From: an uncultured Candidatus Saccharibacteria bacterium
GTDB lineage: Bacteria > Patescibacteriota > Minisyncoccia > Phycocordibacterales > Zambryskibacteraceae
Assembly (NCBI GenBank): GCA_964648835.1
Contig: CAZYLR010000002.1
Coordinates: 1 to 38,776, forward strand
Reading direction: 5' to 3'
DNA: 38,776 bases
Notes under the pieces: generated by a model
What the model was told of the DNA's origin: nothing
The model's database searches: none
Seen by the model: the letters and a program-made list of their open reading frames with translations, nothing else
Program-made: the position numbers and the translations under genes
Shown here: positions 15,198 to 24,315 of the stretch, one piece after another
How the letters are laid out: every line of letters starts with the position of its first letter
Position numbering within the stretch: position 1 is the first letter of the stretch

Positions 15198-18100
15198 ATG
15201 ATAAAATATTTCACGAGTTATAAACAAATTCTACTCCTTGCTTTCTTTTTCTTTGTTCTATTTGGGGGTTATTTTTTGACTGCAGAGGCACAAGTGGTTG
15301 CTCCAAAAGGGCTCTATTTTCTTGAAATCACTTCTCCGAGAGATTCTCCTTTTGGCAGCTACAAAAGGTATCACGATTTTCATAAAATAAATGGAACCTA
15401 TTTTATTCAGGCTTGGCTTTTCACTCCACCTGGCGGCACCATACCTTGCTATCCGGGTAGAACCGATTGTCCAGTAAACAAAAGACTTAACCCATGGCCA
15501 ACAATATGGCTCACCCTGGATGGCGTTAGAATCACTGGCCCGATAAATGCGCCTCCTTATCAGACTTCTCTGAATACAAGACTCTATGAGGATGGAAGCC
15601 ATGTTGTGGGCGCAGATGTCATAGCGAATGATGGATCTGACATACAGGTGGTTGCAGCTACAGTCACCATAGACAATACAATAGGTGGCAGAACAGGACC
15701 TCAAAGGGTAGCAGCCTGCCCGGTTAAGTATGATTTGGAAAAAGGATTAAGACCCGGCTGTGACTGGTCCACTTATCCTGGCAGTTATCCGGGGCTTTCA
15801 GGCTTTCCTCTTCCAGATACAAGGCCAGGAACGCTATATACTTCGCTTGTCTCTTCAAAAGATTTGTGGGTAGAAAGAATGACCACGACAGGAAATTTTC
15901 TTTACAAATTCTATGAAACTCCCGGAAACCATATAACAATCTTGCCCAGGCAAAGATATGCCCATGCAGACCTGAATTATCCATTAATTCCATTAGTCGA
16001 CGGGCCTAGAAACGTAAATCAGGAAGGTTACCTTGTAGGCGGATATGTTGACAAAACCAACGGCGACTTATATGCCATTGCCACCCAAGGTAATTTCGTA
16101 CAGATAACAACTAGAGGGGACATAATAACCCATGCGGGCCAAAGATTGAAATTAGGAGTTAATCCATATTTTTGGAATTCAGGGTTCGTTAATTTGTTTG
16201 GTTCGTCCGGTCCTCCATTCGCCGGCAGCAGAAGTGAGATAATCGGCAATTTTGTGGATGGGCCGAAAGGCTTGAAAGAGCCATGGGACGTTGTGCAAGA
16301 TCCTTTAGATCCTACAGGCAAAACAGCTTACATTTCTGATACGTTGAATCACAGAATTGTAAAAGTAGATATGAAGACTTTGCCGGCAACAGTAACCACA
16401 TATGCGGGTAGCTTAATAAAGACAAGAGGTTACAAAGATGGCGTTGGAACGGAAGCACTATTCAACGAGCCTTGGGGGCTTGCAATTGATGCAAGCGGCA
16501 ATCTTTACGTTACTGACAGATTGAATCACGCTTTGAGAAAGATAGATACAAGCAGAAAAGTCACAACTATTATAAAATCTGCAAAAAATCCTGGAAACGC
16601 AGGAATTACAGACAACTACAGAACGGTTGGAACATCGGGCTTGTCTTTGGCAGCAAGACAATCTATGTACATGATAAATGGCAATTTGAGTAGCGCCTCA
16701 TTAATATTTCCTGAAGGGCTTGAATTTAATTCTGAGGGAAAACTGATTGTTGCAGAGAATTTCATGATGACTCTGAGAAAAATTGATCTGGCAACCAACA
16801 ACATTAGCGCCATGGGCACGATACCATCGGCAAATGATGCAAATCTGAAAAATATCAATATAAACATCGATACAGAAGGCACATGCGGTCCCAAAGATGA
16901 TATTTTAATTGCTACATTTGCGCAAACAGGACCCTGGAGATTGAATGCCAATGGCGGGTACAGGGGAAATTTGTTCACTATTAGCAATAAAATAGAATTG
17001 CCGACAGGAAGGGCCAATACGATGGTTGATGTTCAGTATCCTTGGCTTGCTATTTGCGGAAACGGCGCAATATGGACGAATGGAGCAGCAACCCAGGGTG
17101 TTTTCAGAACAACGCTTGCAAAAACAACCGATCCTGTTATGTCAGCCAGCGATATTGGAAGATATAGTTCAGGGAGACAGATTTACAAATCAGGAGGTTT
17201 GAGTACCTTTCCACCAAGGCCTTCGTTTGAATTAACGCATGGAGTAGACGGGATAAATCATAACGGCAATTTTCCGTCATTTGATGAACTAAACAGCGCA
17301 AGCGATGATGAACTGAAAACACAGATACAAGCAGGATGGGGAAGCTCAACAGGCCCGAGGCCGGAGATAAGCGGCAGAGACTTGGACAACCTGATCTTTT
17401 ATATAAGATGGAACTGCGTGCCTTGCATAAGATCGGGCAACATCAGAGCTACTCCTTTGCCGGGCGATATAACAGCGCCAATAATAAGTGGCATTACGAT
17501 TGAAGAAAGAGCACTTACAAGCGCCAAAATAAAATGGACAACAAGTGAGCCGACAGTCGGATTTATAAAATTCTGGCGGACTGCGCCACATGGGGGATTC
17601 TCCAATGTCGAAGATAGTTATAAAACTAATCATGAAGTTACAGTAACAGGATTGTCGCCCGGCATTACTTATTTCTATACGATACGATCCAAAGATGAGC
17701 CGGGCAATCAGGCTGTAAGTTCGGTTCTGGTTTTTACCACCATCAATGACGGCAGTACTGATACAGTTAAACCCTCCGTGACAATTACAAATCCGATAAA
17801 CGATTCCACCGTGACAGGAACAATAACGATTTCAGCAGTAGCCAGCGATGACAAAGGTGTTGCGGGCGTGCAATTTCAAGTAGATGGTGTAAATTTCGGC
17901 AGCGAAGATCAAACAGCGCCATATTCTGTTTCGTGGGATACTGCAACAGCACTGGCTGGTATACACAGGATAAATGCGATTGCAAGAGATGCGGCGGGTA
18001 ATACAGCGGGTGCAATACCCGTCTTTGTAAAAATTAATGTGATTTCCCCATCAACACTAATCAAAGCTGTTAAAAGTGGTTTGTGGAGCAACATGACGAC

Positions 18101-20927
18101 ATGGGACAGGGGGAGGATACCTAACGCAACGGATGACGTGGAGATCTCTAACTCCATTGTGACATACGATATGGGGCCTTCGAGTATGGCTGCTGAGGCA
18201 AAGACAATTACCATTGCGGGTAGCGGAGTTTTATCGTTTTCACGAACCAAATCAACCCAGCTTGATATGGACGGAAGTATTATGGTTCTCGAGGGAGGAA
18301 AACTTGATGTGGGAACAACAAGCTCGCCGATTCCTGCGGGTATTAATGCCAGGATTGGTTTCAATGTTCCCAACGACCGGTTGTTTCTCGGCGGCAACGC
18401 AACCGGGCCCGACCCGATGATGCCTATGCTTATCCCGGCAGATATTGGCGTGTGGACGATGGGGACAGGCTCACGAGCTGATTTCTATGGAGCCCCGAAA
18501 CCAAAAGTGTGGACTAAACTTGTCGGAGACTCGAGTGCGGGTTCTCTAGTGGTTACATTGAAAGATACGCCACTCGGGTGGCGCGTGGGGGATAAAGTAC
18601 TTGTGACATCATCGAGTAATAATGCTGATCAGTCAGAGGTCAAGTCAATTAGTGCGATTAATGGCAATAAAATTACTCTCAATGTTCCACTGCTTTTTGA
18701 GCACAAAGGAACTTTGCGTGCATACAATACAGTAACAAAAAATAGCCGCATTGTTCCTCTTTCTGGGGGATTGCTTGCTGATGAAATTTTTGTGCGCGAG
18801 CAGGCAGAAGTTGCCTTGCTAACCCAAAACGTGCAAGTAGTTTCAAATTTGGTAAAAGAGAACGACCCCAATCACCGTGCTCACCTCGCCTACATGATGG
18901 GAGCAAGAGGATCACTCGCGTATACAGAGTTCAGGGACCTGGGGCCAAGGGGCAAGATGGGGCGCTACCCTGTTCATCTCCATAAACTTGGGGATGCAGC
19001 TGTTGGAACATTGATCAAAGGCATTTCTATCTGGAGCTCTGTATTGTCACCAATGAATAAATGCATAGTCATCCATTCCTCAAATGGCATAACTGTTCAG
19101 GATTCTGTGGGGTTCAATGCGCAAGGAACATGCTATTATTTTGAAGAAGCGGATGAACTGGGCAATACACTGGAAAATAATCTCGGCGTGCTGGTGCATT
19201 TCCCGGAAGAATTATTCAACACTGCCGTGGCTTCCGCTTTCAGTTATGATCCACGATCGAGTTCTGTTTTCTGGTACCGAGAGGGTAATACGTTTCGAAA
19301 CAATGTTGCGGTTAGCGGCAAAAAGGATGTAGCGGGATTCTGGCTTACGCCGAATTTAGGAGCAAAAGGTTCAGCCCCGACAATTTTTGACGGCAATGAA
19401 TCTCATTCAAATAATTTTGGTTATATCTATTCTGGCGATGATAAGTTGACTGCATCACTCACCCGCGGATTTCTCTGGCGCAATACCGTTGGCCTGGATT
19501 CGCAAGGCTCTCTTGTTAAAACAACAACAAGCAATACGCTTTTCTATCAAAATGGGACGTATTTTCTACCGCCCATGCCTGGCGTACTCGACTCAAATAT
19601 AGTGATTGAGTCGTTTCTTTCGCCAACCGTCAAATTTAATATCAATGATCGTGTACAAACCACCGCGACCTTAAATGTTCGTTTTTCTCCAAGCATATCA
19701 GGAATAATCATAGGTACACAGCCGACAGCGGCTTTGGGCACGGTTATTGGCGGCCCAACCGTAGCAGACGGATACAACTGGTGGCAGATTAACTATGACA
19801 ACGCGCCTGATGGCTGGTCTGTGGGGGATTACCTCCAAACGTATGTCGCGCCTTCTCCAACCGCTCCCACTCTCACCCTTTCCGCAAGTCCCACAACAAT
19901 TACTTCCGGAAGTTCTGTGATACTAACATGGTTTTCAACTAACGCTACATCCTGCACCGCTTCCGGCACTTGGTCAGGAAATAAGGCAATATCAGACACG
20001 CAAGGCACGCAAGTTGTAAATCCTGCAGTAACTTCCACATATACACTTACATGTACCGGAGCCGGAGGAAGCGCTACGAAGTCCGTGATCGTGACCGTAA
20101 CCGTGAGTACGGCAACCGACTCTGTTCTTCCCACTGTTTTCATCACTACTCCCACATCAGGCGCGACTGTCTCCGGCTCGTCAGTCGCAGTGAGCGCGAA
20201 TGCTTCAGATAACGTTGGTGTCACTAAAGTAGGGCTTTGGAAAAATGGTAACCACTTTCTCACTGACGTTGTCTCGCCCTTTGTATTTTATTGGGATACC
20301 ACTTCTGAAGTAAATGGTTCATACTCCTTACAAGCAAGAGCCTATGACGCGGCAGGAAATATTGGCCTGTCGCCAACTATTGCCGTGATAGTAAATAATA
20401 TAGCTACTAATCCGGTTCTCGGATTCCCACTTATTCTTCAAGGTCCGAATGTTCCAGAATCAAAGATCGCAGTAGTCTCGACAGGCTCGGTTGACCCGAG
20501 GATCTATCAGGATGTTGTTCTCGAACTGTCAGCCTATGATGCTAATATTGCCGACGAAGGAGAGCTCTATGTTAACGGGAATGGTCCCATCCCTCTTTTT
20601 GGCAACAGCGCAAAGGGAGCGAATGTATACAATGTAGTTATGATACGTGTCTCGACACCAGCAAGTTGGTGGAAGGCAGGCGATAACACTCTGCGATTCA
20701 CCCACACAAAGACAGCCGGCTATAGGGTTGATGCTATCCAACTTAACTTCATAGGCGTACCACAGACGACAAGCGCACGACCATCAGACTCTTTATGGGC
20801 CAGAAGCATAGCTAGTGTCCAATCAGGTATTGGTGAGTGGTTGTCTATCGGTCGCCATGCTCTGGGAAGTGTCGTTGCGTCATATCAAAATCTTATCTCC
20901 GAGCTTGTAGGATGGCTTGTCAGGTAG
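15198..20927 (+). CDS. giant secreted/surface multidomain protein (1909 aa)
   Basis: Domain assignments are by motif only; coordinates are approximate.
- N-terminal signal/anchor: LLLAFFFFVLFGGYFLTAEA.
- NHL-type repeats at ~16250-16800: YISDTLNHRIVKVD, LYVTDRLNHALRKID.
- FN3 at ~17465-17745.
- Ig-like domains at ~17765-18040, ~19850-20100 and ~20110-20390.
- G8-like segment at ~18060-18420: GLWSNMTTWDRGRIPNATDDVEI.
- Right-handed beta-helix repeats at ~18900-19560.
- SH3b-like domain at ~19640-19840. Confidence 0.85.
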   Translation: MIKYFTSYKQILLLAFFFFVLFGGYFLTAEAQVVAPKGLYFLEITSPRDSPFGSYKRYHDFHKINGTYFIQAWLFTPPGGTIPCYPGRTDCPVNKRLNPWPTIWLTLDGVRITGPINAPPYQTSLNTRLYEDGSHVVGADVIANDGSDIQVVAATVTIDNTIGGRTGPQRVAACPVKYDLEKGLRPGCDWSTYPGSYPGLSGFPLPDTRPGTLYTSLVSSKDLWVERMTTTGNFLYKFYETPGNHITILPRQRYAHADLNYPLIPLVDGPRNVNQEGYLVGGYVDKTNGDLYAIATQGNFVQITTRGDIITHAGQRLKLGVNPYFWNSGFVNLFGSSGPPFAGSRSEIIGNFVDGPKGLKEPWDVVQDPLDPTGKTAYISDTLNHRIVKVDMKTLPATVTTYAGSLIKTRGYKDGVGTEALFNEPWGLAIDASGNLYVTDRLNHALRKIDTSRKVTTIIKSAKNPGNAGITDNYRTVGTSGLSLAARQSMYMINGNLSSASLIFPEGLEFNSEGKLIVAENFMMTLRKIDLATNNISAMGTIPSANDANLKNININIDTEGTCGPKDDILIATFAQTGPWRLNANGGYRGNLFTISNKIELPTGRANTMVDVQYPWLAICGNGAIWTNGAATQGVFRTTLAKTTDPVMSASDIGRYSSGRQIYKSGGLSTFPPRPSFELTHGVDGINHNGNFPSFDELNSASDDELKTQIQAGWGSSTGPRPEISGRDLDNLIFYIRWNCVPCIRSGNIRATPLPGDITAPIISGITIEERALTSAKIKWTTSEPTVGFIKFWRTAPHGGFSNVEDSYKTNHEVTVTGLSPGITYFYTIRSKDEPGNQAVSSVLVFTTINDGSTDTVKPSVTITNPINDSTVTGTITISAVASDDKGVAGVQFQVDGVNFGSEDQTAPYSVSWDTATALAGIHRINAIARDAAGNTAGAIPVFVKINVISPSTLIKAVKSGLWSNMTTWDRGRIPNATDDVEISNSIVTYDMGPSSMAAEAKTITIAGSGVLSFSRTKSTQLDMDGSIMVLEGGKLDVGTTSSPIPAGINARIGFNVPNDRLFLGGNATGPDPMMPMLIPADIGVWTMGTGSRADFYGAPKPKVWTKLVGDSSAGSLVVTLKDTPLGWRVGDKVLVTSSSNNADQSEVKSISAINGNKITLNVPLLFEHKGTLRAYNTVTKNSRIVPLSGGLLADEIFVREQAEVALLTQNVQVVSNLVKENDPNHRAHLAYMMGARGSLAYTEFRDLGPRGKMGRYPVHLHKLGDAAVGTLIKGISIWSSVLSPMNKCIVIHSSNGITVQDSVGFNAQGTCYYFEEADELGNTLENNLGVLVHFPEELFNTAVASAFSYDPRSSSVFWYREGNTFRNNVAVSGKKDVAGFWLTPNLGAKGSAPTIFDGNESHSNNFGYIYSGDDKLTASLTRGFLWRNTVGLDSQGSLVKTTTSNTLFYQNGTYFLPPMPGVLDSNIVIESFLSPTVKFNINDRVQTTATLNVRFSPSISGIIIGTQPTAALGTVIGGPTVADGYNWWQINYDNAPDGWSVGDYLQTYVAPSPTAPTLTLSASPTTITSGSSVILTWFSTNATSCTASGTWSGNKAISDTQGTQVVNPAVTSTYTLTCTGAGGSATKSVIVTVTVSTATDSVLPTVFITTPTSGATVSGSSVAVSANASDNVGVTKVGLWKNGNHFLTDVVSPFVFYWDTTSEVNGSYSLQARAYDAAGNIGLSPTIAVIVNNIATNPVLGFPLILQGPNVPESKIAVVSTGSVDPRIYQDVVLELSAYDANIADEGELYVNGNGPIPLFGNSAKGANVYNVVMIRVSTPASWWKAGDNTLRFTHTKTAGYRVDAIQLNFIGVPQTTSARPSDSLWARSIASVQSGIGEWLSIGRHALGSVVASYQNLISELVGWLVR

Positions 20928-20966
20928 AAAAAACCTCGAAGTCACAAACGCGACGTTTTTTAATCC

Positions 20967-21941
20967 TTACTTCCACCGCGTCTTTATGTACTCCTCTGTT
21001 TCGCTCATGGAAAATGGTTGGGTTGAATTGCCTACACGGACAAAGAAGTCTTCTTTTTGACCGCCGTTAGAAAGATATGCTGGTCGGTGACTTTCTCCCA
21101 CAGACACTAGGCAGATCTCAACGCCCTTTATTTTTTCAAACTTCACGCTGACATATTTCGCAAACGGCAGTCCAATCATAGTTTTTACAAGCATACTTAG
21201 GTGGTTTTCGAATCCGTCACGGTTTTTCTTTGGCAGAGTTTTATAATCATCTTCCAACCCTACGACACTTCCGTCATCGCTGACACCAATGAGAATCGTC
21301 CCGCCCTTGGCGTTGAGAAAGGCCACAATAGTTTTCATAACCATCCGCTCTACTTCCTTATTGACTATCTTTCTACGCCTATCATAGCGGAGAGTTTCTT
21401 TGAATTCAGTCAGAAATCCTTCTCCTTCTTCGATAATATGAGAAACATTATACATGGGCAACCGTCCAGATGAGTTATGCGACATTTGCTTTATAACATG
21501 CACATACTCATCTGCGTTTGAGACGTTTTTTATTTTTGTAGTTCCGCCGGCGTTATGGTGGATGATAATAGTGGCATGGCGCATCATCCGACCGAGCGGG
21601 GAATGATATGTTTCAATCGATACCACATCGGAAAGGGTGACTGACTTGCGATGGCGAAACAAGAGACCGGATTTTTTGGTAATTTCCTTTTCGGTTATCT
21701 CAAAATGCGCAAAATACCAATCGAGAAAAAGTAGTGAGACATAAACTAATTGGAAGAGAGAGAAAACAAGGATTAGAAATATGTCGTAGCGGACGAACTT
21801 GTCCAGACCCCAGCTCCTGTATAGCATCTCATAGTTTTGAAGAAACGATATGGCATAAAGAAAGACGGCAGCCATAGTTTCCATCACCAGCACATTCCTT
21901 AGAAAAACTAAAGGCCCTTCTTTGAGTATTACCCTACGCAT
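20967..21941 (-). CDS. membrane protein fusing a YdbT/bPH (DUF304-like) domain to an AlbA_2 (Schlafen-type) putative nucleic-acid-binding domain
   Basis: Two TM helices are followed by FEITEKEITKKSGLLFRHRKSVTLSDVVSIETYHSPLGRMMRHATIIIH (bPH-like). The C-terminus has EGEGFLTEFKETL...IVAFLNAKGGTILIGVSDDGSVVGL (AlbA_2 signature). Confidence 0.7.
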   Translation of the reverse strand: MRRVILKEGPLVFLRNVLVMETMAAVFLYAISFLQNYEMLYRSWGLDKFVRYDIFLILVFSLFQLVYVSLLFLDWYFAHFEITEKEITKKSGLLFRHRKSVTLSDVVSIETYHSPLGRMMRHATIIIHHNAGGTTKIKNVSNADEYVHVIKQMSHNSSGRLPMYNVSHIIEEGEGFLTEFKETLRYDRRRKIVNKEVERMVMKTIVAFLNAKGGTILIGVSDDGSVVGLEDDYKTLPKKNRDGFENHLSMLVKTMIGLPFAKYVSVKFEKIKGVEICLVSVGESHRPAYLSNGGQKEDFFVRVGNSTQPFSMSETEEYIKTRWK

Positions 21942-21987
21942 AATGACATTTTAACATAACAAGCTCTACTGATATAATTACTCCACC

Positions 21988-22449
21988 TTGTTTGAGATAA
22001 TTCACGTTCTCGTTATATCCATGCTTCCGGTCGTCGAGCTTAGGGGGGCGATTCCTTTTGCCATAGCGACTTATGGTTTCTCCGCATGGGAGGCTCTCTC
22101 GGTGGCCGTGATTGGAAACATCATTCCCGCGTTTATTCTCGTCCCATTTATCGGCAGGGCAAGTGTTTTTCTTTCCGAAAAATCCGATCTCTGGAAAAGT
22201 TTTTTTTCCTACTTTCTAGCGAGAACCAGAAATAATCACGCGAAGAAATTTGAGCTATTAAAAGAATTCGCGTTGGTGGTGTTAGTGGCGATACCCCTGC
22301 CACTTACCGGCGTTTGGACGGCGTCATTAGTCGCCTACATTTTCGATATACCATCCCGTAAGGCAATTCCTCTGATATTCATCGGCGTCATCATCGCTGG
22401 GATGATTGTAACTCTCGCCACCTTGGGATTAATCACAATTTTCTTCTAG
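21988..22449 (+). CDS. small multidrug export family membrane protein (COG2426-like)
   Basis: LPVVELRGAIPFAIA motif and 4 predicted TM helices. The start is TTG, 9 nt after the extended -10 TGATATAAT (21970-21978). Confidence 0.65.
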   Translation: MFEIIHVLVISMLPVVELRGAIPFAIATYGFSAWEALSVAVIGNIIPAFILVPFIGRASVFLSEKSDLWKSFFSYFLARTRNNHAKKFELLKEFALVVLVAIPLPLTGVWTASLVAYIFDIPSRKAIPLIFIGVIIAGMIVTLATLGLITIFF

Positions 22450-22516
22450 CACTGATATTTAAAAATTTTGTTATCCACACCTATTTTATTTATCAGGATG
22501 GCATATAATTTTTGCT

Positions 22517-22870
22517 ATGGCATCTGGAATACGAATTGCAATTAACCTTAACAACTGCGCCGGACCACTGACTGTCAAAGATGGTGCACTTCTTGAACTT
22601 GAAAAAGCGATCGGTTCGGTTGAAGTTACAGTTCTTGGGCAGTATCATCGTATTTTCTCTGACGATACAGTAACGTGGGTTGCGGTTCTACAAGAATCTC
22701 ATGTTACTGTTAGCGCGTATCTTGACGCTCGACATGTGACGATCGATGTTCATATGTGCAACGAAACAAAAGATAACACCGAACTCGCGCGACAGGTTGC
22801 TCATGCTCTCTCCGATATATTTAAAACTAAAAATGTCAAATGGGGCGAAGAGAAATGGGTATCAGAATAG
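22517..22870 (+). CDS. pyruvoyl-dependent S-adenosylmethionine decarboxylase-like proenzyme (class 1 AdoMetDC fold), divergent
   Basis: VAVLQE|SHVTVSAYLDARHVTIDVHMC aligns with the family self-cleavage site (E|SH) and the xDxxxC motif. The usual HTWPE/HTYPE motif is replaced by SAYLD. Confidence 0.65.
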   Translation: MASGIRIAINLNNCAGPLTVKDGALLELEKAIGSVEVTVLGQYHRIFSDDTVTWVAVLQESHVTVSAYLDARHVTIDVHMCNETKDNTELARQVAHALSDIFKTKNVKWGEEKWVSE

Positions 22871-22875
22871 CAGGT

Positions 22876-22904
22876 TTGACTTTAACTATCAACTGTAGTA
22901 TACT
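22876..22904 (+). promoter_or_regulatory. near-consensus sigma70 promoter upstream of the receiver gene
   Basis: TTGACT (22876-22881), a 17-nt spacer, then TATACT (22899-22904). A ~45-nt leader follows, with SD AAGGGAG (22935-22941). Confidence 0.6.
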
Positions 22905-22948
22905 GCTAAGCAGACTGGAGTTAAATTGAACAAGAAGGGAGAATCCTG

Positions 22949-23335
22949 ATGAGGATATTGGTGGTGGAAGACGATGACATGGTCCGCAACTTGGTGGAGG
23001 AGGTGCTTCACGAAGCTCGCCACACGGCTGTGTTGGTTAGCAACGGTCAAGAGGCAGGGGAGCTTCTTGACCGGGGGGAAAAGTTTGATCACATCATCTC
23101 CGCCGGGATGAACGGGGCCGAGCTTCTCCGGCGGGTGAGAGGGGACAGCCAGACCGCCGGCGTCCCCTTCATCCTCATGAGTGGGGCCGATCCGGCTCCA
23201 TTCAAGGAGGTCTGCGCTCGGTATTCCGCCGAGTTCCTCGCGAAGCCCTTCTCAATCGATGGGCTGCTTGCTCTGGTGGGAGCGGGAGAGGGAGTGGAAG
23301 TGGGGGTGGCGCCGGACATCTTGGATCTTCTGTAA
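22949..23335 (+). CDS. stand-alone response-regulator receiver domain lacking the phospho-acceptor Asp (pseudo-receiver), GC-rich cassette
   Basis: MRILVVEDDD (acidic pocket), LMSG (Thr/Ser position) and AKPF (Lys) are conserved. The expected ..D..MP.MdG segment reads FDHIISAGMNGAEL, which is Ala in place of Asp and is shortened. Confidence 0.8.
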   Translation: MRILVVEDDDMVRNLVEEVLHEARHTAVLVSNGQEAGELLDRGEKFDHIISAGMNGAELLRRVRGDSQTAGVPFILMSGADPAPFKEVCARYSAEFLAKPFSIDGLLALVGAGEGVEVGVAPDILDLL

Positions 23336-23357
23336 ACTCCCCAACCCTGGGCCCAAC

Positions 23358-23397
23358 GCCCCGCGCTGACCTTCTCGGTCTGGCGCGGGGCTTTTTC
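23358..23397 (+). terminator. intrinsic terminator after the receiver gene
   Basis: gccccgcgc...gcgcggggc stem, with an inner gacc/ggtc pairing, followed by ttttt. Confidence 0.75.
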
Positions 23398-23447
23398 TAT
23401 GCTATAATAATAGCCGGTATAACATTTAACCATTAGAATCATAATTT

Positions 23448-23636
23448 ATGGATGAAAAAGTTATTGGATATTGTGTGAAGTGCAGAGTTAAACCAGGGCG
23501 AGAGATGAAAGATGTCAAAGTAGTAGAAATAAAGCCTGGCCGACCGGCAGCCAAGGGTGTTTGCACGGTATGCGGTACAGGTATGTACAAAATTCTCAGT
23601 AAGGATGGTGCCGCCAAGCTAAAGAAGTCAGTCTAA
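23448..23636 (+). CDS. small zinc-ribbon protein (DUF5679-like, 62 aa)
   Basis: CVKC...(24)...CTVCG, i.e. two CxxC knuckles in a Lys-rich 62-aa ORF. The family name is from memory. Confidence 0.55.
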   Translation: MDEKVIGYCVKCRVKPGREMKDVKVVEIKPGRPAAKGVCTVCGTGMYKILSKDGAAKLKKSV

Positions 23637-23650
23637 TTTAGAGCGATTAA

Positions 23651-24247
23651 ATGAAGAAGGTTTGTTCGTGGCCCAAGGGCGAACCCTTGATGGTGAAGTA
23701 CCACGACAAGGAGTGGGGTAAGCCGGTTCGAAGGGACCGGAAGATTTTTGAATTTCTTGTTCTTGAGAGTGCTCAAGCCGGGCTCTCTTGGCTTACAATC
23801 TTGAGGAAGAGGGAGGGTTATAGACACGCTTTCGCCGACTTTGAACCTTCCTCGGTGGCGCGGTTTAGCGCGCAAGACATTTCCAGACTCACGAAGAATC
23901 GCAATATTATTAGAAACCGGCTGAAAATCGAAGCGGCCATCAACAACGCCAAAAGATTCCTGGAAGTACAGAAAGAATTTGGCACTTTTAGTAAATACAT
24001 GTGGAGTTTTGTTAAGGGACGACCAATTGACGGCAAACGTCAGAGCTTAAAAGATTTGCCTGCTACAAGTAAGGAGTCGGAAACTTTTACTAAAGATTTG
24101 AAAAGGCGTGGCTTCAAGTTTCTTGGCCCAATTGTCATCTACGCGCATATGCAAGCGGTCGGGATGGTGAATGACCATGTCCTGTCCTGCTTCCGCCATA
24201 AAGAATTAAAAACAGTAAAGTCTTGCTTTATGTCTACACGTGAGTAG
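23651..24247 (+). CDS. tag: DNA-3-methyladenine glycosylase I
   Basis: CSWPKGEPLMVKYHDKEWGKPVRRDRKIFEFLVLESAQAGLSWLTILRKRE is the Tag signature N-terminus. Confidence 0.9.
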   Translation: MKKVCSWPKGEPLMVKYHDKEWGKPVRRDRKIFEFLVLESAQAGLSWLTILRKREGYRHAFADFEPSSVARFSAQDISRLTKNRNIIRNRLKIEAAINNAKRFLEVQKEFGTFSKYMWSFVKGRPIDGKRQSLKDLPATSKESETFTKDLKRRGFKFLGPIVIYAHMQAVGMVNDHVLSCFRHKELKTVKSCFMSTRE

Positions 24248-24315
24248 TATTCCCAATAGAAACGTAAAGATGTTCCTAACTTCGAACCCAGTAATCTAGA
24301 GGAAAGGGGAATCAC

